Origin: Priapulus caudatus
Lineage: Eukaryota
DNA: 20,000 nt
NCBI RefSeq assembly: GCF_000485595.1
Contig: NW_014577069.1
Span: 708,239-728,238, forward strand
Reading direction: 5' to 3'
Positions 1 through 12,042 of this stretch are shown one piece after another. The position numbers and the translations under genes are program-made. Numbering within the stretch: the stretch's first letter is position 1; every line of letters begins with the position of its first letter. The notes beneath the pieces were generated by a model. That model was not told the origin of the DNA. It made no database searches and was given only the letters and a program-made list of their open reading frames with translations.

Positions 1-36
1 AGCTGTGTGTGAGTGATGTGTGTGTGTGTGGTGTGA

Positions 37-68
<32 letters not shown>

Positions 69-166
69 GTGTGACGTCGTGTGTTTGTGTGTGTGTGTAG
101 TGTGTGTGTGATGTGTTACGTGTGTGTTTGTGTGTGGTGTGTGTGTGATGATGTGTGTGTGTGTGT
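1..166. repeat. Imperfect (GT)n microsatellite
   Basis: GT run with scattered single-base interruptions. Confidence 0.9.
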
Positions 167-666
167 GGAATGGGGTGTGTGCGTGCTGCGTGTGTGGTTT
201 CTCTTTTTGATAAGCTGCAGATTAGAAGCGACCACCAGTTCCCTGCAGTGAATCATTTCACGATCGCTGCGTTGAATTTCTGGAAGCAGGTGCCCTTATT
301 CCAGAGGCCGCTCGTGATCAGAAAGCGAAGAGACTACTAGCGCACCTTGAAGTTTTGGATGCTCGCCCTGCTAAATCCCATCAACACCTCGTATTTCCTC
401 CTAAGAATGATTGCATAGTTGCGCAGAGATCGCTCGGCGTAATATTGCGCGATACGCCCATAAAACAAACCACGGCATAACCTGAGTGATATTCGAAGAG
501 TAAGTTGGGTGCTATAAAGGAATCGCGACACCCAGTTATAACACTTGGACCGCTGTGAAAATGCCATAGGAAGAAAACTAGGATGAGGCCAAGGGTTAGC
601 TGGAAATACGCCGAGATCAGAAAGGCGAGAAACAGTAATATNNNNNNNNNNNNNNNNNNNNNNNNN

Positions 667-817
<151 letters not shown>

Positions 818-854
818 GTGTCGCGTGAAGATGTCACTGTGTTTATTCTTCCAG

Positions 855-926
855 GGATCTTAGTCACCAGCAAATCGAGAGACTGGTGCGGAACACTTTT
901 CAAGGACTTAGGCAGTTGAATACTTT
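855..926 (+). CDS. LRR-containing GPCR (type C LGR, GRL101-like), LRR exon: DLSHQQIERLVRNTFQGLRQLNTL
   Basis: Acceptor ttattcttccAG (AG 853-854), donor GTAAGT at 927. 72 nt, phase 2/2, encodes one LRR unit and joins the next exon in frame. Confidence 0.88.
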
Positions 927-1137
927 GTAAGTCGTAATTATCGCGTGATAATAATCTAAACGCAATGTAATCATTATAGTTTCGCAGTCGTCCATCTTAT
1001 GACTAAAATATTTGTATTGGAATGACTTGCAGTCAGGTGTTAAAAGATACGACACGAGTATGTACATTATAATAATATCATAATGGCACATGTGCGTAAT
1101 ATAAATAGTAACTTTCACGCATATTTCTTTTCTTCAG

Positions 1138-1209
1138 ATCTTTAGCTTATAACAAAATCGAACACATTGAGGACGGGGCCTTCAATGGGCTCTCACATCT
1201 CAAATCATT
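1138..1209 (+). CDS. LGR/GRL101-like GPCR, LRR exon: SLAYNKIEHIEDGAFNGLSHLKSL
   Basis: Acceptor tttcttttcttcAG, donor GTAAGT at 1210. 72 nt, phase 2/2, textbook LxxNxIxxIxxxAFxGLxxLxxL. Confidence 0.93.
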
Positions 1210-1672
1210 GTAAGTTGCTAAAAGTATATCGGGTACGATAACTGTGAGCAGGTAGTCAAATTCCGCAATTTGCATAATCTTTCTCATCGGTCATATCGCC
1301 CGGAAGATGACGCTTCGGTCGCGCCTCTGTTTCACATTACATCACATTCGATTACAGCATTCGTATTAGCGGGAATCGTATTAACTTTTATAGCGACACT
1401 TGTGTACGGATAAGTCACCGCGCAACTCTCCACTGGCGGCCCTCGTGGCCAGTAAACATGCGATGCAGGGCTTTGCGGCAAGCGTTTGATGCCGCTGTGT
1501 GATAACGCGTGTAATTAATGCCACGGTAAATGCTCTCCCGTGATGACAGTGTTCAGCCCATCATCACGCCGCCTCTAGGCGAGCCACTCGCTCGTCCTTT
1601 TAATTCCGAGATCCGTTTAGCATGACTAATTACGAGTGCTTGTGTTTGTGTTTTCTGTTTTTAATCGCGCAG

Positions 1673-1747
1673 GGACATCACGAACAACCGAATAGTCGTG
1701 ATCGAAGACAACGTTTTCAATGGACTTCCATTTTCGCAACTTACTCT
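1673..1747 (+). CDS. LGR/GRL101-like GPCR, last LRR exon: DITNNRIVVIEDNVFNGLPFSQLTL
   Basis: Acceptor gcAG (1671-1672) after a T-rich tract, donor GTGAGT at 1748. 75 nt, phase 2/2, LRR consensus. Confidence 0.9.
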
Positions 1748-2435
1748 GTGAGTGCATGCGCCATGCCGCCTGTTACACACGCGCGCGATTGCCCCTATTA
1801 ATATAGGCACCTGGTCAGGACTACCTGGTGACCCAATTCTAATACATAGATTCATCTGTAACACGACAAAATTGCACTTGGATAGTACGTATGCTGATTA
1901 CTAATCACGTGATAGCTGCTACTAGAGCAGATGCATCTTATGTCGAAGTAACATTCCGATGCACGAGCATGTCTTACGATGCATCCTAGCGAAATCCTAT
2001 ACACACACGGTGTAGAACGATATTAGACTTGTGAACTTTAGAAAATTAGAACATGGGAGAGAGGGAATCAGTGAAGTGAGACTACTGTATTTAGTGCGGA
2101 TTCACAAGGAGTAGTCATCGCTGCTGACATGAAATCAATAATTAATTATGTTGTATGATTTATGATAATCAGCTCCCTGGGGACGAGTTGAGTGTCACGG
2201 GCAAATATGTGACTTTCATCTTTATTTCTGATATTGCTTACAATATATCACGCGTACGTGCCCTCTAGTGGCAAAAATGCAAATTTGTTTGCGCAATGTA
2301 TACGTAATTAATTGTTAAAGTGGACATTTATGTTTTTCGCAATGAATTATGAGATTATTCGAGGAGAAAGGAACAAATTTTGGAAATGTTGCCGTAGTTC
2401 AAAACGCCTCGAGGAATCGACGCAGCCTTTACATA

Positions 2436-2583
2436 CGCGCACATGCATGCGCGCGCACCCACATGTCCGCAAACACGCCCACACACTTTCTCACGCACAC
2501 ACGCATACTCTCACGCACACACGCACACTCCCACGCACGCGCGCACACACACACACACGCGCATACACACGCACACACACGCG

Positions 2584-2632
<49 letters not shown>

Positions 2633-2690
2633 ACGCACGCACGCGCACACGCACACGCACGCACGCACGCACGCATGTACTATATATATC
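2436..2690. repeat. Compound (CA)n/(CACG)n microsatellite
   Basis: Direct. Confidence 0.9.
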
Positions 2691-2912
2691 ACCGATACTT
2701 AGAGCAGCTCATAATCGTCACTCGCATCGCGATCATTATCACCCGCCTCCTCCGACTGCAATTAGTTTTTTAAGCGCATATGAGTTTACAGTTAATAAAA
2801 CAGCGGAAAATTCATTAGCATCAACGCAATCCCGCCGCGCGACACGCGAATCCTTCAATCTTCACCCTCGCGCCATCACTAATTACTACGCTAATTGCTA
2901 ATTGCTCGCCAG

Positions 2913-3111
2913 GAAAACCGATGAGTTTCGCTTCTGCTGCCTCGCCAAGGGCGTGACGAAATGTCTTCCCGAGCCGAACCAGTTCTCGTCTTGCGAGGAC
3001 CTCATGTCGAACGTTGTGCTGCGCGTGTGCGTGTGGGTGCTGGGAGCAGTGTCACTCATCGGCAACGCGATTGTCATCGTGTGGCGACTCGTCGACAAGA
3101 GAGACGGACAA
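2913..3111 (+). CDS. LGR/GRL101-like GPCR, hinge + TM1 exon: KTDEFRFCCLAKGVTKCLPEPNQFSSCEDLMSNVVLRVCVWVLGAVSLIGNAIVIVWRLVDKRDGQ
   Basis: Acceptor ccAG (2911-2912), donor GTAAGA at 3112. Short CC..C..FSSCEDL hinge typical of type-C LGRs (RXFP1/2, GRL101), followed by TM1 with the GN motif. Phase 2 in, phase 0 out. Confidence 0.95.
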
Positions 3112-4663
3112 GTAAGACGCGTTTTTGATTCGCGCGTGTGGTTGTTCCTCATCGGTGTTATCAAGTGCTAATAGTGGTCGTTGCTTATCCGTGTTATCAA
3201 GTGTTAATAATGACGAATTTGTCATTATTTGTATGAATGATTGCATGATCATTATTAACCCGTGGGTTTATTAAGTGGGCACGCGCTTTACTTTGTGCCG
3301 CGAGTGGGAGATCGGTTGTCAGCACGTTTACTTGTGTAAACGTGTCCACACGCTTCTTATACACGCCGCATTTACTGGTAAACATAATTCGCGGAGATTC
3401 CATGCGTTTTTCCCCACGATATTATTAATAAAACATGCTCTCCGTGGGTTTTAATCTCATCCTCATTTTCTTCTGATCCATCACTTGCGTATTTCTTGGT
3501 CGGGAACACCCAAGCACCTCCCTCTTTCGCGCATTCCTCATCTGAAAAAAAACATAGTTGAATAACACACCAGCGCAATCAGTATTAGGCATATATCAAC
3601 GTCAATATATATATACGTCTGTTTGTGTGTATAGTTTGGCCATCTATACATCAGTAGTGATACTCATATACAGGGTGCCTGAACGCGAACGCGTCTATTT
3701 ATAAATCTCTGATTCAGCCCTTCGTAAACATCGTCGGTAATCATGCGTGAGAGCTGACATCAGGTCGGCAGCGCGTCCCTTTATCCCGCGCTGACACTAA
3801 CAACCACGTCGGGGCGCCGAGGGACGATAGTCGCAACCGAGTTACATCGTGGCTCCAAATTAGGTTTCCAATTCTTTCACGGCGCTTCTCTCGTCTCCGG
3901 TTTTCCTCGTGCGGTTTTTTTTTTGCTCGTTTATTTTTTTTTCGTTCCGTGGCCGTCTGGACTCGTACTATCGTTAACGTTATAACCTCCTCCTCCCCCT
4001 CTCTCTTCTCAATGTTTCCCGATATCATGGCTTGTTAGTCTTCATCGCATCGTAGTCGCCATCGTCCGGCGAACACTGCCCTGAATTCAGTACAACGATG
4101 ATCTCCTTATTGCGCTGCGGAGTTATTTACGTACACGAGTAGCGCGTTTCGCTGTAATGGCCGGGCGACCGGGTTTGCGGACGAAAGCGTTTGAGCGAGT
4201 CGCCATTTCGCCTCGAAAACGCTTAACTTCGACGCCGATCTCATCCGATCACGCGGTCAATCAAGGGTTGAGTACGAATGCTCGGATAGAACGCGACGTG
4301 AAACGATGAAGTTCCGATCTGTCATATAAAATCCGCGAGCAATATCGACTTGCGGAAATCTGTTCGAATCAGAACGCCGCCGACGACGACGACGACTGCG
4401 AGGAAACTTCCGAATGTAGTGTCTTCTTAGAGCGCCAACGCGTCGTCGTCATCGATTGTAACTACAGGCAAAATAGAATAGCAGAGAAATCGGTGAATGA
4501 AAATCGTGTTAGCTCTATAAGTGAGTAACGTTCACGTGTCGTCGTCGCGCAAATGATATTATTTTATGTTTGCTATTCTATTATTAGGTTTTCAAGCTTT
4601 AACGTTTAAAATTTATATTGCAAATAGTCATCAATTTAAAGGAAAGGTTAGTATACCTCGTTA

Positions 4664-4664
<1 letters not shown>

Positions 4665-4719
<55 letters not shown>

Positions 4720-4748
4720 TATATGTGTGTGTTGTATATATATATATA
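4665..4748. repeat. Compound (TA)n(GA)n microsatellite
   Basis: Direct. Confidence 0.9.
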
Positions 4749-5146
4749 GTAGATTGCTCGCGGAATAGGAGGTTGCGACTTTGGCACTTTGGCAATGAAC
4801 ATGCGATGATTAAGTCTTAAAATAGAACATGTTGTTTTAATTTTGTTGCGTGGCGAGCGTGCTTTTCACCATACTGCCATGTTTCCATACTGCTCGAGGA
4901 AGCGACCTCGCTCGCTCCATTCGATAAATAATAAATTTATGATACAGTATTCTGTCCTGATTTTAACATTATACATACATATATAAATAAATAAATAAAT
5001 AAAAATAAATAAATAATAAATAATAAATAAAATAATATATATATATATATATATATGTATATCAAGAGCTAATAATACCGAGTATTATTGCTCTTGATGT
5101 ATATGTTAGCAAATTCAAATAAAATAAGCCTAAAGAGTGTTAAATT

Positions 5147-5193
5147 TCAGCGAGCTTTCGAGACGTACATTCTTCCTCAGGATTTTAGCTGAC
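5147..5193 (-). ncRNA. Candidate minimal type-I hammerhead ribozyme motif (Penelope-like element type)
   Basis: Minus strand reads GUCAGCUAAAAUC-CUGAGGA-A-GAAUGUACGUCUC-GAAA-GC-UC/GCUGA. CUGANGA and GAAA boxes are in order, with a short stem II, a palindromic AGCU stem III and an NUH (CUC) site. Stem I is imperfect. Confidence 0.55.
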
Positions 5194-5206
5194 ATAAATT
5201 ATATAT

Positions 5207-5255
<49 letters not shown>

Positions 5256-5354
5256 GGTATATATATATAGACATATACCACTACACCGATTCTGCGATAT
5301 AACGCACGACTAGGTCGTGCGTGTGACTATAAACGTGTCGACGTAATGTTGCAG

Positions 5355-5698
<344 letters not shown>

Positions 5699-5790
5699 GA
5701 AGAATGTATGCATCCATCCGCAGGGCCGCAGGTATTGCCATTCCCGCACACGAGATCACCGCTTCCCGACGGCTTCATTAATATAGCAGA

Positions 5791-5923
5791 CGTCTCTGTG
5801 ACATGAAGCTTACCTGTCTGTGACATAAAGCTAGCTTACCTCTCTGCGACATAAACCAAGTCTATCTGTAACAGTAAACACGTCTCTGTGACAAAAAGTT
5901 TACCTCTCTGTGACATAAAGCTA
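5791..5923 (+). repeat. Degenerate ~22 bp minisatellite (TCTCTGTGACATAAAGCTTACC), about 6 copies
   Basis: Repeated (c/t)CTGTGACA(t/a)(a/g)AAG cores visible directly. Confidence 0.8.
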
Positions 5924-6119
5924 TCTCATTAGAAATCAGACACCGAATGTTCAACGTGGCAGTTTATTTAAAAAACGTATAAATACTAAATTTTAGCGCA
6001 AACGGCGAGACAGAGATAGCTACAGCGTCTGCTCTGCATGTTTTGCTGCGTTACTCAAGCGCGCTCACTCGGTCTCGCTAATGAGGCAAGATAAACCGCG
6101 CTATAGGTAAGGTAATCCG

Positions 6120-6120
6120 C

Positions 6121-6159
<39 letters not shown>

Positions 6160-6351
6160 TGTGCGCGCGTGCGTGCGTGCCTGCGTGGGTGCGTACGTGC
6201 GTGCGTGCGCTCGTGCGTGCGTGCATCCGTCCGTCCGTCCGTCCGTCCGTCTGTACTTACTTCGTGCGTCCGTCCGTGCGTGCGTAGGCCCTACATGCGT
6301 GCATGCGTCCGTGAGTGCGTGAGTGCGTGCGTGCGTGCGTGCGTGCGTGCG
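6120..6351. repeat. (GCGT)n/(CCGT)n tetranucleotide microsatellite
   Basis: Direct. Confidence 0.92.
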
Positions 6352-6390
6352 TAATTAATCAACGCTCGTCGCGTGATTCGTATTTCGCAG

Positions 6391-6538
6391 GTGTTCGCGT
6401 GGATAGCCGTCTTCGTGCTTCCCTTCAACGCCGCCATCAACCCGTTGTTATACTCGATGGCCACCGTGCAGTTCAAGGCCCGTGTCATCAGCTGTGTGGC
6501 ACAAGTTCGCATTGCTATTGGTCGTCGATTTTATCCAG
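6391..6538 (+). CDS. LGR/GRL101-like GPCR, TM7/helix-8 exon: VFAWIAVFVLPFNAAINPLLYSMATVQFKARVISCVAQVRIAIGRRFYP
   Basis: Acceptor tatttcgcAG (6389-6390). LPxNxAxNPxLY (NPxxY) motif. Donor CAG|GTATAT at 6539 gives phase 1, matching the next exon. Confidence 0.93.
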
Positions 6539-6539
6539 G

Positions 6540-6593
<54 letters not shown>

Positions 6594-7983
6594 AAGCCTG
6601 TGCAGCAAACGACTTTATTAAATCACATTTTACATTATATTATCATATCCGCGCTCACATTATATGTTGCGTCCACACTGGTGTATAGCCTGCTTGCACA
6701 TTCACGCAGAACGAGATGAAAAGGCAAGAGTAATGTTCGTCGCACATAAACTACACAGTATGAAAGTAAGAGTAAGATTAAGAGTAATGCTATTGACGCA
6801 GAAAGTGGCCTGTTTATCGCCGATATATTTTACACTGTCATCAAATTTAGCTCAGTGTGGATGTCGTCTTATTTGGGACACGAAAAGAAATCGACACGAC
6901 CATAGAACCCTATGAAGAAATGCCACGCATTTCCCAATAGAAAATTTCATATCACTACATATCCTATGCGCCTATATGTACAATGGTGAAGCAGTCAAAT
7001 GATAAAAATCAAAGGAATAATAAACGAGTTATGTTTGGTACAGTGATACAAGGCATAACATTTTACTATCGATTTATCGGTTCCATCTAGTAGAGTTGCA
7101 ATTGAATATATTAGTGCCTATACAGTCCTCACACGTTCGCACCAATATTTAATTTATTATGTAATTAAAAAACGACATCTATATATTATCATGATTTAAT
7201 AATGTAATATTAATTAGTTTATATTAATTAGTAGTTATGTCTGTTCTCGCTGCCGCTTCGTTAACGTACTTCGCTCACAGAGCAACGTATATGTCTATAG
7301 AGCATTTAGTCGAGAGAGGTCATTTAGACAAGTTCGTACTTTACATATCTTAAATATGACAGCCGTTGAACACACGAATAACTTCTTATGTACGGAATAA
7401 GTAAAAAGTTACGCTGCAACTTTGTTACATGTCGCATAGATCAATTTCTCCTAGATGTTTACGGTAGAGGGCGCTGCAATGTTGCACAATAGAATTGCTT
7501 GAGTACACGGTGTATGATAATTTGGCAACGCATCGTTTTAAATATTTATTCTGGTGTGCATTTGACCTAATTGGTGAATGACAAACTATGAGTCGATGGC
7601 CGATAGCTATATTTGAATCCAATATATTTACATCAAAATTAGTGGGTGCGCTTTTGCGTAGCATGATGACATTTAGTTTCTAAAATTACTTTTTTTTTAT
7701 ATTTTCATCGCATAATGTAATGATTTTCTGACAGAGTTTGGAAAACACTTTATGTGTTCAATCTTTTCTCGTTTACTTCCAATCTCGGTGGCAATGATAA
7801 ATAATAAAACTCTGTATATGTTACATATCATCGCATCGTGCCACGGATGCGCTCAAACGTAAACGTATAGCGCATAAAGTGTCTTGATTTTACCTGAGTT
7901 TTTGGTTCTACGTATGATACACGTGCACGCCGACTTTATGCTAATGTTTATGTTTAGGTTTATGTTTATGTTTATGTTTGCAG

Positions 7984-8585
7984 AATTATACGGGGACAAC
8001 TATGCAAATTATAACTCCTACAGCCATACCGTGTCCATGTCGTTGAAAGGTGACTACTACATCAGCGAGCGAGCCCTAAGTCTGAAACGCTTGCAGCACG
8101 GAAAGCCGCCGCTTAGGCCCGTCGCCCGCAAAACGAGCACAACGTCGCACGCGCCGTGCGCAAACGCGCAAAAGTCTCGCGCGGCGAGGCCGTCGTCGTC
8201 GGCGTCAGAGCTGCAGCAGCGCCTCCTGGTGGGCGCCAACGAGAGCGAGGCGGCGGCGGCGAAGGGGAACAATGTCCGGCAGAGGAAATCGTCGCTGAAC
8301 GAGATTCTGCCCGTGAACGGTCTGTCGACAGGTGGCGATGATGTCGCGGTGGCGTCGGTAGTCGCGACGGGAGACATTGTCGACGTGAGTATATGCGAGC
8401 CCAGCTCGTCGTTACACGGCACCGTCGACGCCGCCGACCGACCTGATCCACATCGGGACGACGCGCAGCACTCCGACAGCGACAGTGATAGACAGAATGA
8501 GTCGTCGATTGACATGTTACAAGGTCTCGTGCTGCAGAATCATTTTCCTCTAGGCGTACCAGACGGCCCCGAAACATTCTGCTGA
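7984..8585 (+). CDS. LGR/GRL101-like GPCR, terminal exon (cytoplasmic tail, (E)LYGDNYANYNSYSH...PDGPETFC*)
   Basis: Acceptor tttgcAG (7982-7983) after a (TTTATG)n tract. Phase 1 fits the preceding exon. ~200 open GC-rich codons in AT-rich surroundings, TGA at 8583-8585. Assigned to the GPCR by position and phase, not by homology. Confidence 0.8.
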
Positions 8586-9701
8586 TAGACGTAGAATCGC
8601 TGCACGCTAGATGTTGCCCGTTAGATGTGTAAAATATCACAGTGTAAACTAATAGTACATGATATATATATATATATTATTATTATTATTATTATTATTA
8701 TCAGCATGTGAATATATCAAGTGCCGTAAAAGCCCGACGTCGGACGTTGGTAACATTTGATTGTACTAGATAGTTCCTAGATTGGCTCATTCAAATGTTC
8801 ACTCACACAATTTGAATGGTAGTTCTGATTTCAATACGCGTTTTCAACGAAATCCGCGTAACAGAACAAATGACTCAACTTACAAATGATTTACCTTCAA
8901 AGTGATTGCAGTTGGGAATTCATTTTTACAACTACTGCGTTCGTGGTAATTGGCACCTACATATGAGTTGGAAGCATTAAAAATCGTTCCATGTAAATAT
9001 GCCGGCTATGTACTATTGCATAATTATATTTCGATAGGTGGAATTTCAGACAGTTTTACAGATGTGATATTGCAGGAAATGAAGAGCAGGAATGATGTTT
9101 AACTCGCTTGGCAGATTAAACAGATCTCTCCTAATTACAAAAAAACAATAGCTATTTGAAACCATTGACGTTTATTTAATCTTTGAGTGTTCAAGAAAAA
9201 AACATTACGAATACAACAGTATGCTATGCGGTTGATATTCTTATATTTCTAGTCCATAATAAACACTATCGTAAAGAGCTAAAATATTGAATAATTTAAA
9301 GACAACCGCGTAAATATATTTAGTATACATTTTAGTATACAACTCGTTTTACTGAACCAGGATGACGCACGAATTGAAATGCGTATAACTAAAAGAGAAG
9401 AGGACGGTTAAATACATTAGTGCAAAAAGCAAGTTGAGTCTAGTTATCACACTGAAACTGTCATAGGTGATGATGACCCGTGAAGGCCGTGTGCTTCGCC
9501 GTATCCATAAGATCGAATTGCTTTATAGCAATATCTTTTCGTGTGTGAATAATTATTATATGTCTCGCAAATACGTTTATGTATAATATATGTCAGTGGA
9601 GACGATACAATATTAATGATTCTGTTATTTAGTGAAATGTATCGAGGAATATGTTACTACATGCGCACGAGCACATTAGATTCATTCGATAAATTAAAGC
9701 G

Positions 9702-9707
9702 AATAAA
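9702..9707 (+). terminator. Possible polyadenylation signal of the GPCR gene (alternative AATAAA at 9258-9263)
   Basis: AATAAA downstream of the stop codon. The AT-rich context makes a chance match likely. Confidence 0.25.
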
Positions 9708-11279
9708 ATAACTACTCATCCGTTTGCTAAACGTGAAATGCAATTACGCACAACACCACACGGAAAGCCTATACTGATTCAGTGCCAAATATGTGAGGCA
9801 GACGGGAGGACGCCATTTCCATAAACCTTTACCTGTCGTTCGAGAAACTAGAGTCACGAAAATTTACTCGAGCGTTTTAAACTACATTATGTGATACTTT
9901 ACGCAAATTCATAGCTTGTACTACATATTGCAACATATTAATTGTGATGCTTGTTTTGAGAATGTGGAAAGTACCATAATAGAAAATATAAACTATTTAA
10001 ACAATTACTCGTTAAATTAATATATACTCTATATATAACAAAGCTCTTTCATGCATGATACAGCGATCTTATGACCTGCGGAACACTGCACTGATTACGG
10101 ATAGATCATGTAACAGTCAGTAGTATTTAACTACAATTATAATTGGTAATAGTGTTACTTCTAATTAACATAAATCGATGTATTTTCAATAATTTATTTC
10201 TATTATTTATAAATTTTTTTATTCTTAATAATTATTCTGATCCATATTATATAATATCCTATATTATTCTTAATATTCTAGCACTATTATTATTATTAAT
10301 ATTTATTTATTCATACACGCATGCGCAGATTGTGCTCGCGCATGTCTCTCCTGCCGTCCGGTCGGCCAGGTTTTGAAAAGTTCTCAGTGCCTTGATTAGT
10401 TCTCCGCCTCAACTCCACAGACGCAGCTGTAATCGGCATTGTTCGGCGCCGGTTGGGCATTGTTCGGTAATTACCGGCGCACAATGACGTAATTGCCGAT
10501 ATTGTCTGCGCTCCCTGCTCCAGCCGATCCCTCTCGTCAGGTGAGCGGGTCGCAGCGCCGTCGGCCGCCAATCATTCATTATGAGCGCGCCCGCACCGGG
10601 AGACATTCGGGGCGTTCTGTTGTGATATACCTGCGAAGTTAACAAGTACTCAAACACACGATCGCAGACAAGGAGCCAGTAGCATGCGGCTAACTTTCCT
10701 TTCACTTTTCCAACACTTTTATCGTCATTGTCTGTGTGTTCGAGACAGAGGCCTTCTATAACTGACGAGGAGACGGAGTACTAGACAGACGCACTGATAA
10801 CGCATGCAAGCGTCCGGAGAAAGACGATCGCGTTCAAACTCGTAGCACGTAAACGTCTAGTTTCGTACGTCGACGAATGACATTTTGTTGCCGCAGTAAT
10901 ATATTATTTATTCGTATACGAGCACGCCTGTCGTATTTCTCCTAACCGTTTCTGTAGCGAATATTTTCTTCTAGTTATTAACACGAAAACACTTTATTAT
11001 AAATCTACTAACTGCAACTACTGCAGTTACCTATCACAATCCAATGAATGTTAGTAATTATACTATATGGGGACTATCACAGATTAATCGTGTCTAATAA
11101 CGAGTATCAGTATTTCCAATATGACTCAGTAAATAAGTAAATAAGTAATTGAAGTTTAAAAATAAGCAAAATCACGTTAATTATTGAAGATTGTACTGAA
11201 TGATTAGCTACCAATTATAACTACAGTCTTACGTAGGCTGTATTTCTTGAATCGCCGTTATAGTCCCCCATTACCCAGT

Positions 11280-11306
11280 ACACACTCACACACACACACA
11301 CACGCA

Positions 11307-11338
<32 letters not shown>

Positions 11339-11517
11339 CACACACACACACATACACACATACATACATACACACACAGACACAGACACAGACACACGCA
11401 CACACATACATACGTATACACACATACACAAACACATACATACATACACATACACACACACACACAGACACACGCACACACATACATACGTATACACACA
11501 TACACAAACACATACAT

Positions 11518-11553
<36 letters not shown>

Positions 11554-11555
11554 CA
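11280..11555. repeat. Compound (CA)n/(CATA)n microsatellite
   Basis: Direct. Confidence 0.93.
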
Positions 11556-11926
11556 CATATTAGTGTATGATTGGTGACGTGTATGTATAATTAGGAATTT
11601 CATCTTCCTAGTCGTCACCGCAATGTAAAATGTGTTCTACATCGTAACACTACCGTAAGCAAATCGTGATATCTACCTGTACTTGCTACTATATGCTACT
11701 ATTTGCTTATACTACTACTGCCCCTCTGAGGAAAGATGCCGTACGAGTGAAAATGCAGCACGCATTTGTTTGTAAATCGAACACGAGAGTCGTTTAACAG
11801 TGACGCTTGCCTAGGACTTTGTCTGAAATACACCGCGAATGCACCGAGAGTAATTTACTCCAAAGCAACGCGATTTCTTATTGTTTTCCGCTATATTTCA
11901 CAGGCCCCGTACAAGTGCGTGCGCTC

Positions 11927-12042
<116 letters not shown>

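Noticed and set aside
3669..3690. TA-CAGGGTG Tc1/mariner-like terminal repeat start
   Set aside because: No matching CACCCTG-TA right end or transposase remnant was found in the window.
5997..6106. Possible missing GPCR exon (ttttAG ... AG|GTAAGG, one open frame)
   Set aside because: The translation (RKRRDRDSYSVCSACF...) has no TM4-TM6 character. At most a cryptic exon.
8788..8818. 9-bp inverted repeat in the GPCR 3' region
   Set aside because: Short and AT-rich, so expected by chance.
11718..11760. Second hammerhead-like pattern CTGAGGA...GAAA on the + strand
   Set aside because: The intervening 16 nt form no stem II, and no NUH cleavage triplet follows GAAA in register.
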